DNA of 64,000 nucleotides from an uncultured Collinsella sp. (GTDB lineage Bacteria; Actinomycetota; Coriobacteriia; Coriobacteriales; Coriobacteriaceae): NCBI GenBank assembly GCA_937925715.1, contig CALAMG010000039.1, positions 8,992 to 72,991 of the forward strand, read 5' to 3'. Shown piece by piece: positions 40,101 to 48,607 of this stretch (position 1 is its first letter; each line of letters starts with the position of its first letter). The notes under the pieces were generated by a model. It saw only the letters and a program-made list of their open reading frames with translations, ran no database searches and was not told where the DNA came from. The position numbers and the translations under genes were made by a program.

Positions 40101-41262
40101 CCCACGAAAACAGCTCGCAATGCGTCGACTTATCAATATTCTTCTTGCCGTAGGGTGCCGAGACCACGATGGCGAGGTCATCGCAAAAATCGCGATCGAG
40201 GTCGCCGGCCGCTAGCGAAACGACAGGAGCTGACTGAAGCTGCGTCCAGGAGTCGTTCCCGCCCTTGTTGTGCGTGGTGTAGTCCGCGGCGTTACCGGCA
40301 TCGATCTTGACGACGCTTTGCTTCCAGTTGCCGCCCTCCAAGTCATACATGTCGACTACAGCCTTGCGCACGCCGTTCTCGTCGACATAGCAGCCCGCGT
40401 AGACAAAAAGCTCGTCGACGCCGTCGCCATCGACATCGCCCGCCTCGACATCAAAGACGGCGTCGTGCTCTTGCAGGTAACCGGCATCCAGGTACTTAAA
40501 ACGGCCTTCGTACATCATATTAGTGTTGACCGTCACCGGCAGGTGTGTGTCGAGAGTGCGCGTGCGCCCGTTGCTAAACGAGTAGAGGACCAGCTCAACC
40601 TTTCCGGCGTATGACTTGCCGTCAATCGTCGTGGAGGAACTGTCGCCGTAGGCACGGAGCTCGGCAACGCGGCTCTTTTTGCCCGTGCTGGCGTCGCTGC
40701 AGAACTCAACACTCGTGGCGTGAATGCCCGAGAAACCGTTGTTGTCGTTGGCGAGTACTGTTGAGGACTCATTGTTGCTTAGGTACGACCAGGTGCCGCC
40801 ACCGTAGTCGCTATGCTTGTAGAGATCGCTGTTCGTATCGAAGTTGTTGACGTTTTGCCAGAACTTTGCGGCGCCCCACACACTTCCATAGCCATCGGTG
40901 AGTTTGCTGCTGCCGCCAATGTCACCGCGCTCGACGTTCTCGAGCTTGTCGCGCAGAGTGTAGCGATTGCCATGGCTACCGTTAGCTGCCATATAGACCT
41001 CGCTGCGCGTGGCAAACGTCGTGGGGGTATCAGTGGAATAGGGGCCAACGGTATCGGCCGGAATGTCCTCGCTCGTGCCCAGACCCAGGGCTTGATAATC
41101 CTGCTCGGTCATATCGGTGATTGCGGGCGCGTCTGCCGCCTGGGCAACCTGGGGCGTGGCCGTGAAGCAGGCGGCGCTCGTGGCGATCAACGCAGCAAGC
41201 GCCGCCGTCCCAACAAGCGGGATTTTCGACAGCCTACGGATACGGGGGTGTGGAACGTACAT
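37174..41262 (-). CDS. Large secreted, sortase-anchored surface protein (FG-GAP-like motifs, FN3, Ig-like, LANTG signal)
   Basis: Signal peptide ending near AQA; AGDVDGDGVDEL and AGDLDRD motifs; FN3 (SVTFSWD, LQPNTEYRF); Ig-like (DDGAQYYC); LANTG, TM and basic tail. ATG 41262 has a GAGG RBS; alternative start 41298. Confidence 0.85.
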   Translation of the reverse strand: MYVPHPRIRRLSKIPLVGTAALAALIATSAACFTATPQVAQAADAPAITDMTEQDYQALGLGTSEDIPADTVGPYSTDTPTTFATRSEVYMAANGSHGNRYTLRDKLENVERGDIGGSSKLTDGYGSVWGAAKFWQNVNNFDTNSDLYKHSDYGGGTWSYLSNNESSTVLANDNNGFSGIHATSVEFCSDASTGKKSRVAELRAYGDSSSTTIDGKSYAGKVELVLYSFSNGRTRTLDTHLPVTVNTNMMYEGRFKYLDAGYLQEHDAVFDVEAGDVDGDGVDELFVYAGCYVDENGVRKAVVDMYDLEGGNWKQSVVKIDAGNAADYTTHNKGGNDSWTQLQSAPVVSLAAGDLDRDFCDDLAIVVSAPYGKKNIDKSTHCELFSWDASKGALVHVDALGDAGAISLSANGKTMVAANATFGTFAAYDEEGKKTGETVTGLILAGYDWQRSAFDYGASDGSKGLYGALYRYAYFDSESGEFKLSDCKEYRDGLLASYGLMHVPNSAWKDSAQDKRYPCTLAPIALATANLDGLSEQLAVDEVLVGGDVFRDFACNTAQSGAQGLGSMVGTMSMSGQQYNSSNKHDHKGIEQVWISDVKAGSVSGSDRYNESFIAVVGKHRDEDLRKNDDYYWMTASHFSLDENGKVRRGEEQVISESNRRGTTYGTFISLALPDVDNDSVKITYKDRYKVYTNPRVLAVLQDAPYVEDLEQAYGYLVLGGTSYGEEKGTGTSQGYTIGAELGVAVEVQTGPPLVAMNASVDFAAEGCYDYRSERTVSASVSYESHAGEGDKAVLYTIPMVYYEYEIENEETGGKGVMAAPVSLGAQTSVVNVEAYDRIAKQHNMTPLSYFLTNRSGEPGTYQTTLNGETPVGDSFGLGKPGVTRAYTHDGFNGAAAQSGASIEQTIEVEEGKEQELELGLTLNGSVVMGAKLAKHELFGGLCFGANAGFTTGNSSSESTEYGGTVDNLPEAAQGKYGFVWRLGVNAVDVDKFEADSGDKLGTKDTDQFWIVGYDVKDVEMPDAPAVTGFTANAVDSTSVTFSWDDVLANKSGFSYGVGMLQSNAADAVVNSWKIADNTQTSLKWDGLQPNTEYRFAIAAVKNGSTTETGIRSAIITAKTMPDGMTMTVSGPAADAAEGSDLGYDSSVERAAGSHLTLSAIGHVKQLGADDSETGLAPTYMWYRKGRGETEFKLVGADGNLAAGTASKLEIDLTADDDGAQYYCHVGYNDVGLDTGTTLVNIEAEETAPTTVNATPIRTRRLFSQASAGAKKFLDHTLVNTAGPTDSEGSKDPETPETPTNPDKPKSDNGAKIDTKVKTTTTAKNLANTGDQTFALVATAAAAGATLVVIALIMLIKRRKTH

Positions 41263-41331
41263 GAGGGACCTCGCTTTATTCGAGTGGAGTGGACTCATTT
41301 TTGCAAATGATACATCCGATGCCCGATATCA

Positions 41332-41367
41332 CGTGTCTCATTTTCGCCAACGGCGTGTCTCATTTTT
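41332..41367. promoter_or_regulatory. Tandem 13-bp direct repeat at 22-bp period upstream of the surface-protein gene
   Basis: CGTGTCTCATTTT at 41332 and 41354. Confidence 0.55.
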
Positions 41368-41385
41368 GAGAATCCGAGATGCCGC

Positions 41386-41831
41386 GGAAATCTTATCCAG
41401 CTCAAAGGCCATTTCTGGGATGTATTTTCCGTCGAGTGCCTCATCGGGAAACTGCATCCCATTTCAAGCGTCGATTCTGGGACGCACTTTCCCCTTAGAC
41501 CCTCAACCGGAAACCGCATCCCACTTTGAGCGCAAATTCCGGGATGCATTTTCCGCTTGAGCCTCATTGGGAAACGGCGTCCCACTTTGAGGGCTGATTG
41601 TGGGATGCATTTTCCGGTTTTGCTCTCATTGGGAAAATGCATCCCGTTTCTTGACCGAATAATGGGACGCAATTTCCCGTTGGAGCGCCTTTGGGAAAGT
41701 GTGTCCCACTTCGACCGCCCAGAGTGGGATGCACTTTCCGCAAAGCACCTCAACGGGAAACTACGTCCCATTCCAAAGGCAAATTCCGGGACGTATTTTT
41801 CGAAAGCCTGCCCATCCGGAAAGCCCGTCCC
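41386..41831. repeat. 61-62-bp-period alternating-box array, 7.5 units
   Basis: GGAAA boxes at 41386, 41447, 41509, 41570, 41632, 41694, 41756 and 41818. Confidence 0.9.
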
Positions 41832-41887
41832 ACTTTGGACGCATCCGGGCACGGAACCATCGACCTATCAGGCCTCCCATCAATAAA

Positions 41888-42020
41888 GAGGCGTCCTCCC
41901 GGACGGCGGGGCACGAAGTTCATCGCGAGTTCCGCACGCAAAGAAGGCCACTTAATGTGGCCTTCGTCTTGCGCAGGACTGTAGAGCAGGGAACTTCGTG
42001 CCCCGACGCCCGGGAGGACG
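41888..42020 (-). repeat. Structured ~130-bp hairpin element E, copy 2 (inverted)
   Basis: 30-bp outer stem with 2 mismatches; reverse complement shares TTCCCTGCTC, ACAGTCCTGC, CACATTAAGTG, GTGCGGAACTCGCGATGAAC and GACGCCTC with copy 1. Confidence 0.8.
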
Positions 42021-42062
42021 TTTCATTTAGAAAGATGGACCGACCGCCGTCAGCGATGGGAG

Positions 42063-42620
42063 CTACTCCCCCAGCACGGCCTTTTTGGCGGCTGCAGCCA
42101 TGTTGTCCAGATCTTCCTTGGTGGGGTGATCCTTTGCGGCGACCCAGTTATCGAGCAGCATCTTAAAGCGGACATTGTCGGGATCTTGCTCGAGCGTGGC
42201 CTCGTAGCGCTGCTTGACCGCGGGACCCATCTTGCCCTGGCACATTGCCCAACCCACAAGCTCGGCATCCTCGGCCAAATTGGAGGTCACGCGATTGATA
42301 ATCTGCTGATAATAGCTCTGGTCGGCGCCAAAACCGCAGGTACCAAAGAGGAAAACGCGCTTGCCGTGCAGAGCGGAGAGCAGCGCGGCAACCGAAGGCG
42401 TGCACGCGCCCTTGTCGCACCAAAAACCGACGAGCACCGTGTCGGCCGCGCAGGCGCCCTGCGCCTCGAGCGCAACCTGATCTGCATCCGCATCGTCGCT
42501 CAACGCCGCGGCATGGACAAACTCAACGCCCGCAGCCTGCAGAGCGCGCTTGATCGCGCCCGAAACCATCCTGGTATTACCGCTCTTGCTGTTAACCACC
42601 AAAGAGCACGTCATAGTCAC
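42063..42620 (-). CDS. Flavodoxin-family protein (Flavodoxin_3 type)
   Basis: SKSGNT, GFWCDKG, LFGTCG, CQGKM, HP. Confidence 0.85.
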   Translation of the reverse strand: MTMTCSLVVNSKSGNTRMVSGAIKRALQAAGVEFVHAAALSDDADADQVALEAQGACAADTVLVGFWCDKGACTPSVAALLSALHGKRVFLFGTCGFGADQSYYQQIINRVTSNLAEDAELVGWAMCQGKMGPAVKQRYEATLEQDPDNVRFKMLLDNWVAAKDHPTKEDLDNMAAAAKKAVLGE

Positions 42621-42741
42621 GTTGCCTCGTTTCCCCCAAAACTAAAGCCACTAATGCAATTTATTAGATGAATATCTTAGTACTAACGTGACAGATGTAA
42701 ACCACCGTCTGTCGATTGATTAATTTGCCCCAAGGGCTTGC

Positions 42742-44601
42742 TCACTGGGCGAACTGGCTGCGGTAGAGCTCGGCATAGAAGCCATCTGCCGCCAGCAGCT
42801 CGTCGTGCGTGCCGCGCTCGATAATCTCGCCGTCGCGCATCACCAGAATGCAGTCGGCGTTGCGGATGGTGCTCAGGCGGTGCGCCACGACAAAGCTTGT
42901 GCGACCGGCCATGAGCTCGTCGAATGCCGCCTGCACCTGCAGCTCGGTGCGGGTATCGATGCTCGAGGTCGCCTCGTCCAGCAGCAAGATAGCCGGGTCG
43001 GTGAGCATGACGCGCGCGATGCACAGCAGCTGTTTTTGACCCTGGCTAAACGTGCCGCCGTCCTCGCCGATGACCGTATCGTAGCCGCCTGGCAACTGCA
43101 CGATAAACTTGTGCGCATGCGCGCGCTTGGCCGCCTCGATAACCTGCTCGCGCGTGGCGTCAGGACAGCCGTAGGCGATGTTTTCCGCCACCGTGCCCTC
43201 GAACAGCCAAGTGTCCTGCAGCACCATGCCAAAGGCGCGGCGCAGGCTTGCGCGCGTGTAGTCACGCGAAGAACGACCATCGACCGCAATGCGACCGGCA
43301 TCGATATCGTAAAAACGCAGCAGCAAATTGATAAGCGTCGTCTTGCCGCAGCCCGTGGGGCCGACCAGGGCAAAGCGCATGCCGGGCTTAGCCTCGATGC
43401 AGATGTCCTGCAGCAGCTTGCGGTCGGGAACATAGCTAAAGTTCACATGCTCAAAGGCGACCTCACCCTGCGGGGCCGTGAGCTCAACGGCATCCGGCGC
43501 ATCGGGTTCCTGCTCGCGCGCATCGAGCAGCGCAAACATACGGCGCGCCGAGGCATACGCCGTCTGGATCTGCGTAATGACGTTGGTGACCTCGTTGAAC
43601 GGCTTGGTGTACTGGTTAGCATAGGACAGGAAAATCTGCACGCCGCCCACCGTAAGCGTCGCCGGCACGCCCGTGATCACGCCCACGCAGCCGATCACAG
43701 CGACCACGGCATAGATGATGTTATTGATAAAGCGTGTGCCGGGGTTGGAGAGCGAACCCATAAACTGCGCGCGCTCGCCCGCGGTGTAGAGCTCGGCATT
43801 GAGGGCATCGAAGCGCTGCTGAGCGTTGGGGCCATAGGAAAAGGCGTCGACAAGCTTTTGCTCGCCTACGTACTCCTCGATATGACCGCCGAGCTGCCCT
43901 TGAATACGCTGCTGTGTCGTAAAGCTTTTGTTGGAAAGCTTGGCAATAGCACCAGCTGCAAAAATGGAAAGCGGCGTGACGAGTACCACCACGAGCGTCA
44001 TGGTCAGGTTAATGGAGAGCATAAACGCGAGCGTGCCCACGATGGTGATAACGCCGGTGAAGAGCTGCGTGAAGCCCTGCAGCAGACCGTCGCCCACCTG
44101 GTCGACGTCGTTGACCACACGGCTCATAAGGTCGCCGTGAGCATGGCTGTCGATAAAGCTGAGCGGCATGCGGCTGAGCTTGTCGCTCGCCTCCACGCGC
44201 ATGTCGCGCACCGTTTCGTAGGACAGGCGGTTGACGCAGTAGCCCTGCAGCCACTGGAAGGCCGCAGCTCCCACCACGACGAGCGTGAGTTTGGTAACGA
44301 GCGGCAGCAGCGCATCGAAGTCCACCTGGCCCGCGGCAACGATCAGGTCGATGCCCTCGCCAATGAGGATGGGTGTGTAGAGCTGCAGAATCACCGAGAC
44401 GGCGGCACTCACAAACGACGCCGTAAACGAGATACGATGCGGACGGACGTAGCCCATCAGGCGGCGGGTCACCGCACCCACGGGATAGCGCTCGGGATCG
44501 CCGGGCTGGCGCAGACCGTCGCCCAGGTCGTTGAGGTTATCGTTACCGGACACGTTAGCCGTCATCGTGGCGACCGAACCGGAGGAAGTGTACGGATTCA
44601 T
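42742..44601 (-). CDS. ABC exporter, permease + ATPase (consensus subunit)
   Basis: GPTGCGKT, FSQGQKQ, LLDEATS, AHR. Confidence 0.93.
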   Translation of the reverse strand: MNPYTSSGSVATMTANVSGNDNLNDLGDGLRQPGDPERYPVGAVTRRLMGYVRPHRISFTASFVSAAVSVILQLYTPILIGEGIDLIVAAGQVDFDALLPLVTKLTLVVVGAAAFQWLQGYCVNRLSYETVRDMRVEASDKLSRMPLSFIDSHAHGDLMSRVVNDVDQVGDGLLQGFTQLFTGVITIVGTLAFMLSINLTMTLVVVLVTPLSIFAAGAIAKLSNKSFTTQQRIQGQLGGHIEEYVGEQKLVDAFSYGPNAQQRFDALNAELYTAGERAQFMGSLSNPGTRFINNIIYAVVAVIGCVGVITGVPATLTVGGVQIFLSYANQYTKPFNEVTNVITQIQTAYASARRMFALLDAREQEPDAPDAVELTAPQGEVAFEHVNFSYVPDRKLLQDICIEAKPGMRFALVGPTGCGKTTLINLLLRFYDIDAGRIAVDGRSSRDYTRASLRRAFGMVLQDTWLFEGTVAENIAYGCPDATREQVIEAAKRAHAHKFIVQLPGGYDTVIGEDGGTFSQGQKQLLCIARVMLTDPAILLLDEATSSIDTRTELQVQAAFDELMAGRTSFVVAHRLSTIRNADCILVMRDGEIIERGTHDELLAADGFYAELYRSQFAQ

Positions 44602-46467
44602 TTAGCAGCCCTCCTTTGCGCAGACGGATGCGGGGGCGGTCGGGGCACCTGGGGCGAGCGCGGGCGCTGTGCTCCCCCGCTGGCCCTCAAGCTCCTCGCG
44701 GCGCAGCTGCGACTGGCAAATCTCGCGATAGAGCTGACAGGTCGCATAGAGCTCGTCATGTGTGCCCAGGCCGGCAACCGAGCCGTGGTCGAGCACGCAG
44801 ATCACGTCGGCATCGCGCACGGTCGAGACGCGCTGGCTCACGATGACGGTCGTCAGCGGCAGCCCGCCCTCGGCGGCACCGCGCACACTGCGCTCGCGGA
44901 TGGCATGGCGAAGCGCCGCATCAGTCTTAAAGTCAAGTGCCGAGGCGGAGTCATCCATGATCAGGACCTGTGGCGAGCCCACTAGGGCGCGCGCGATGGT
45001 CAGACGCTGGCGCTGGCCACCGCTAAAGTTCTTGCCGCCCGCCTCGACCGGGGCGTCGAGCCCCTGCGGCTTGTTGCGCACGAACTCGCTCGCCTGCGCC
45101 ATATCGAGCGCCGCCCAGAGATCCTCGTCGGTCGCAGCCTCGTCGCGCCAGGTCAGGTTGCTGCGGATGGTGCCGCTCACCAGCGACGCACGCTGTGGAA
45201 CGGTCGCGACCACACGGCGCAGCTGGTCGAGCGGCCAGGTGCGCACGTCGGCGCCCATCACACTCACGCTGCCGGTGCTCGCATCGTACAGGCGCGGGAT
45301 AAGCGAGACGAGCGTGGACTTGCCGCTACCCGTACCGCCGATAATGCCAAGCGTCTTGCCCAGCGGGAGCTCCAGGGTCACATCGTTGACGGCATTTGCC
45401 GCGCCCGCGCCAAAGGAGAAGCTCGCATGGCTCAAGCTCAGCGCGGGGACCGGAACAGCGCCACCCGCCAGTTCGCTCGGCTTGGGCAGCGCAACCGACT
45501 GATCGCCCTCGTCGGTGATGCTCGGCTCGCAGTTGAGCACCTCGTTGATACGCGAAGCACTCGCGCTCGCCTTGGTAAAGACCACGACCAGGTTGGCGAC
45601 GTATACGATGGAGGTCAGGGTCTGCGTCATGTAGTTCACAAACGCCATGACCTGGCCCTGCGTAAGCTCGCCCACGTTGACCTGGATGCCGCCCACCCAC
45701 AGGATGGCGCACACGCCCAGGTTCATCACCAAAAACGTGACGGGATTAAGGATTGACGAGAGCTTGCCCACCGCGATGGCGGTATTGGCCTGGTCATCGG
45801 CGGCTTGGGCAAAGCGCTCGCGCTCGTGATCTTCGCGTACAAAGGCGCGAACCACGCGGGTGCCCGAAAGCCCCTCGCGGCAAATGAGCGCGATGCGGTC
45901 GAGCTTTGCCTGCAGCTGCTTGTAGTACGGAATGCAGCGCGCCATGACAAACCAAAACACCAGGCCAATGGCGGGCGTGCAAATCAAAAAGATCATGCCG
46001 AGCTTAAGGTCGATGGCGAGGGCCGCGCACATAGAGCCCACCGCCAAGAAGGGCCAGCGGATGAGCATGCGCACGCCCAGCGCCACGGCAAGCTGCACCT
46101 GGTTGACGTCGTTGGTGATGCGGGTGATAAGCGACGGCGTGCCAAAGCGGTCGAGTTCGGCATAGCTCAACTTGTTGATGTGCTGGTAGAGCGCACCGCG
46201 GATATCGGTGCCCATGCCCTGCGAGGTGAGCGCCGCCATCTTTTGGCAGACGAGCGTAAACGAGATGCCGATCACAGCCATGGCGCCAAGCAGCATACCG
46301 TAGTGGACGACGGCGTTGACATCGTGTGCGCCAATACCCTTATCGATCATCTGGGCAATCACCAGCGGCGTCAGCAGGTCAAAGATCACTTCGATTAACT
46401 TGCACGCAGGGCCAATCACCATATACCGGCGAAACTTACCACCAAAACGCCTGAGCAGCTCAATCAT
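44602..46467 (-). CDS. ABC exporter, permease + ATPase (degenerate-site subunit)
   Basis: GGTGSGKS, FSGGQRQR, IMDDS, SQR. Confidence 0.93.
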   Translation of the reverse strand: MIELLRRFGGKFRRYMVIGPACKLIEVIFDLLTPLVIAQMIDKGIGAHDVNAVVHYGMLLGAMAVIGISFTLVCQKMAALTSQGMGTDIRGALYQHINKLSYAELDRFGTPSLITRITNDVNQVQLAVALGVRMLIRWPFLAVGSMCAALAIDLKLGMIFLICTPAIGLVFWFVMARCIPYYKQLQAKLDRIALICREGLSGTRVVRAFVREDHERERFAQAADDQANTAIAVGKLSSILNPVTFLVMNLGVCAILWVGGIQVNVGELTQGQVMAFVNYMTQTLTSIVYVANLVVVFTKASASASRINEVLNCEPSITDEGDQSVALPKPSELAGGAVPVPALSLSHASFSFGAGAANAVNDVTLELPLGKTLGIIGGTGSGKSTLVSLIPRLYDASTGSVSVMGADVRTWPLDQLRRVVATVPQRASLVSGTIRSNLTWRDEAATDEDLWAALDMAQASEFVRNKPQGLDAPVEAGGKNFSGGQRQRLTIARALVGSPQVLIMDDSASALDFKTDAALRHAIRERSVRGAAEGGLPLTTVIVSQRVSTVRDADVICVLDHGSVAGLGTHDELYATCQLYREICQSQLRREELEGQRGSTAPALAPGAPTAPASVCAKEGC

Positions 46468-46677
46468 GTATAGGCGCTCCCTATCATCATCCACATTCAA
46501 TTCGAACCATGATAGTACCGCCACCCCAAAAGAAGCGTAAACAACTCGTCATTTCTAACGGGATTCAGTTTTCAGAGGGGTATACGCGCACACCCAGCCA
46601 GTGTCGGGTCAACTAGCATGGTATATTTACATTAGTGCTACCAAGTTAGTCGCCGGCCCTTGAAATGAGGTGCCGAG

Positions 46678-47709
46678 ATGAACGACATTCTCGCAAGAAG
46701 AGCAAGACGAGCAACTGTGGGCATCGCCCTTTCCGCGGCACTTGTCGCGGGAATCGCCCCCGCAACGGCGATCGCGGCAGAAACCAGCTCCCCCACCGGT
46801 GCAGTTGCCTTGCAAACGGAAGACGCGGCCGCCGCAAAAGACAAAGCGTATGCAGCCATGCAGGAAGCGCTCAAAACCCTCGAGGCCGCAAAAAACGCCG
46901 CAAGTCCCGAGAAAATTGCGAGATTCAATGATGACATTACCCGTTTTCAAGAGTACCGCGAAAAGATGGCGGCGCAAGCCGCCGAAGGGAGGGAACTCCT
47001 TCCCACCATGCAAGCGGACGTCGATGCTGCCCAAGCCAAATACGACGGGGCCATCAACCGGGTAAGCGAGCTCCAGGCAGAATTAGAGAAGAAACATGAG
47101 ATGCTTAAGACACTCGAAGCACTCGGCTACGAGGAGTTTGTCGAAACTACTAAACAGCAAATAAAGCAGTTGCACAGTGAGATCATATCGGCAAAAACGC
47201 ACGTAAACTATTGCGAAACGGAGCTCCGCGAGTTCCAGTACCGCCTCAGAAGAGAGGAAAGACGAGTTAATGACTGTGAACGTGCTGTAGAGAAATATAA
47301 AGCCGATATCGACCGGTTCACAGCCTGGCGAGATGCGCTCCTCGACAATTTGAAAAAAGCGCAAACGGCCTATGACGACGCCTGCAAGGCATACGAAGAG
47401 GCAAAGGCCGCGGCAGACAAGGCCACCTCGCCCGAGATAGCGAAACCGACCGAGACAGTGCCTCCCTCCGGCTCAGCGCAACCCGCCGAGGCGACACCGC
47501 CCGTTGGCTCACCTGCAACCGGCAAAGACGCCCTACCAAGCTCCACCAAGCAAGCGAACACAAGCAGCGGCAAGCAAGCAGATACGACCGCCGGCAAGCT
47601 CGCAAACACGGGCGACACAGCACCGAGCGCAATCGCACTCGTAGCAGTCGCCGCCGCAGGCCTCGGAATAACCGCCACTGCCACACGCCGCATCAAGAAC
47701 TCAAAATAG
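46678..47709 (+). CDS. Coiled-coil surface protein with signal peptide and LANTG sorting signal
   Basis: Signal peptide (RRARR, hydrophobic core, AIA), long heptad-rich region, Pro/Thr/Ser linker, LANTGD, TM and basic tail. Confidence 0.8.
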   Translation: MNDILARRARRATVGIALSAALVAGIAPATAIAAETSSPTGAVALQTEDAAAAKDKAYAAMQEALKTLEAAKNAASPEKIARFNDDITRFQEYREKMAAQAAEGRELLPTMQADVDAAQAKYDGAINRVSELQAELEKKHEMLKTLEALGYEEFVETTKQQIKQLHSEIISAKTHVNYCETELREFQYRLRREERRVNDCERAVEKYKADIDRFTAWRDALLDNLKKAQTAYDDACKAYEEAKAAADKATSPEIAKPTETVPPSGSAQPAEATPPVGSPATGKDALPSSTKQANTSSGKQADTTAGKLANTGDTAPSAIALVAVAAAGLGITATATRRIKNSK

Positions 47710-47754
47710 CTGCCAGCGGTTATTGTCTTCGCCAATCCACAAGCCCAGAGACAA

Positions 47755-47793
47755 AAAGAGGTCCGTTTCCCCACCTAGGGAAACGGACCTCTT
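47755..47793 (+). terminator. Rho-independent terminator
   Basis: AAAGAGGTCCGTTTCCC-loop-GGGAAACGGACCTCTTT. Confidence 0.8.
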
Positions 47794-47929
47794 TAACTGC
47801 AAAAATTCAAACAACAGCACCGCCGCCTCTTAAACTACGTAGCCATCAATGCCCAGACAACGCCAGCGAGCAGCAAAAGGCACGGGATTAAACTATTCAG
47901 ATAAATGTGACCCTTCAGGCGGTTTTGGT

Positions 47930-48036
47930 CGGCTACCCGCGAGTGCCGGCAGGGCGCTTGGTAGTCGAGCGATCCCGCAGGCGAAGCCGAGGACCAGCGA
48001 GACACCAAGCGCCCTGCCGGCACTCGCGGGTAGCCG
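47930..48036. repeat. 107-bp hairpin element with a 33-bp perfect stem
   Basis: 47930-47962 pairs with 48004-48036; apex CCGCAGGCGAAGCCGAGGA. Confidence 0.8.
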
Positions 48037-48202
48037 CGGCACCAAAAAACGCCTGCGCACTCGATGGATTCGGATGCCCGACAGAGGCTCCTTATGGCTG
48101 CTTCCTTCCGGACCTGACCAGATTCGGAACATGTCGTCATCCGAACCCATCGAACGCGCTAGGCGCTCGGTATATCTTACCTGCTCCCGCCCACCAGAGC
48201 AA

Positions 48203-48299
48203 GGTAGCTAATTTGGGACGGGGCTTTTTTGACCACTTTTTGACTGGAGGGGCATCAGGGTGGCGAAAGTAGTCAAGTAAGCCCCATCCTAAATAGACT
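48203..48299. repeat. Repeat family C, inverted pair
   Basis: GGTAGCTAATTTGGGACGGGGCTTTTTTGACCACTT followed by a degenerate inverted copy, AAGTAGTCAAGTAAGCCCCATCCTAAATAGACT. Confidence 0.7.
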
Positions 48300-48312
48300 G
48301 ATCTGGTGCCGT

Positions 48313-48472
48313 GCCACGAAAAGGGCCTATCTACTACGTTTTGGTCACAGAGGTCAACCATAGCGTGCTTTTTCGAAAATCGGCAAGCTTTCTACCTGCG
48401 GTTTTGTTTTTGCAAATTCCGGGATGGTCGAGGATGGCCGGTTTAACGTAGCAGATGGCCGCATTTCGTGGC
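48313..48472 (-). mobile_element. 160-bp MITE-like element, copy 2 (inverted relative to copy 1)
   Basis: GCCACGAAAAGGGCCTATCTACTACGTT ... AACGTAGCAGATGGCCGCATTTCGTGGC, internal TACCTGCGGTTTT. Confidence 0.7.
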
Positions 48473-48524
48473 AAACGGTCCGACCCAAGACCCAAGGCAG
48501 CCAACCTCGAATGGCCATTCTCGA

Positions 48525-48591
48525 AGTTGCGGTGGAATACGGGCTGAATTAGCCCCTTAAAGGCAAAAGCACACCGTATTCCACCGCAACT
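48525..48591. repeat. 67-bp inverted-repeat unit, family D (copy 2)
   Basis: AGTTGCGGTGGAATACGG ... CCGTATTCCACCGCAACT. Confidence 0.8.
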
Positions 48592-48607
48592 TATAGGGAG
48601 ATAGGCC

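Noticed and set aside
36732..41831. 61-bp-period arrays as CRISPR arrays
   Set aside because: The period matches type I-E, but there is no identical ~29-bp repeat, the boxes are degenerate and alternate in orientation, and there are no cas genes in the window
41295..42166. ORFs 41295..41852, 41557..41886 and 41699..42166, and similar ORFs at 14804-15332 and 36621-37037
   Set aside because: Translations of the repeat arrays (recurring GKCVP/GTRFP) that are open in several frames on both strands, with no clear RBS
42063..42620. Bilirubin-reductase (bil) operon suggested by a BilS-like flavodoxin
   Set aside because: No bilR-like flavin oxidoreductase nearby; treated as a generic flavodoxin
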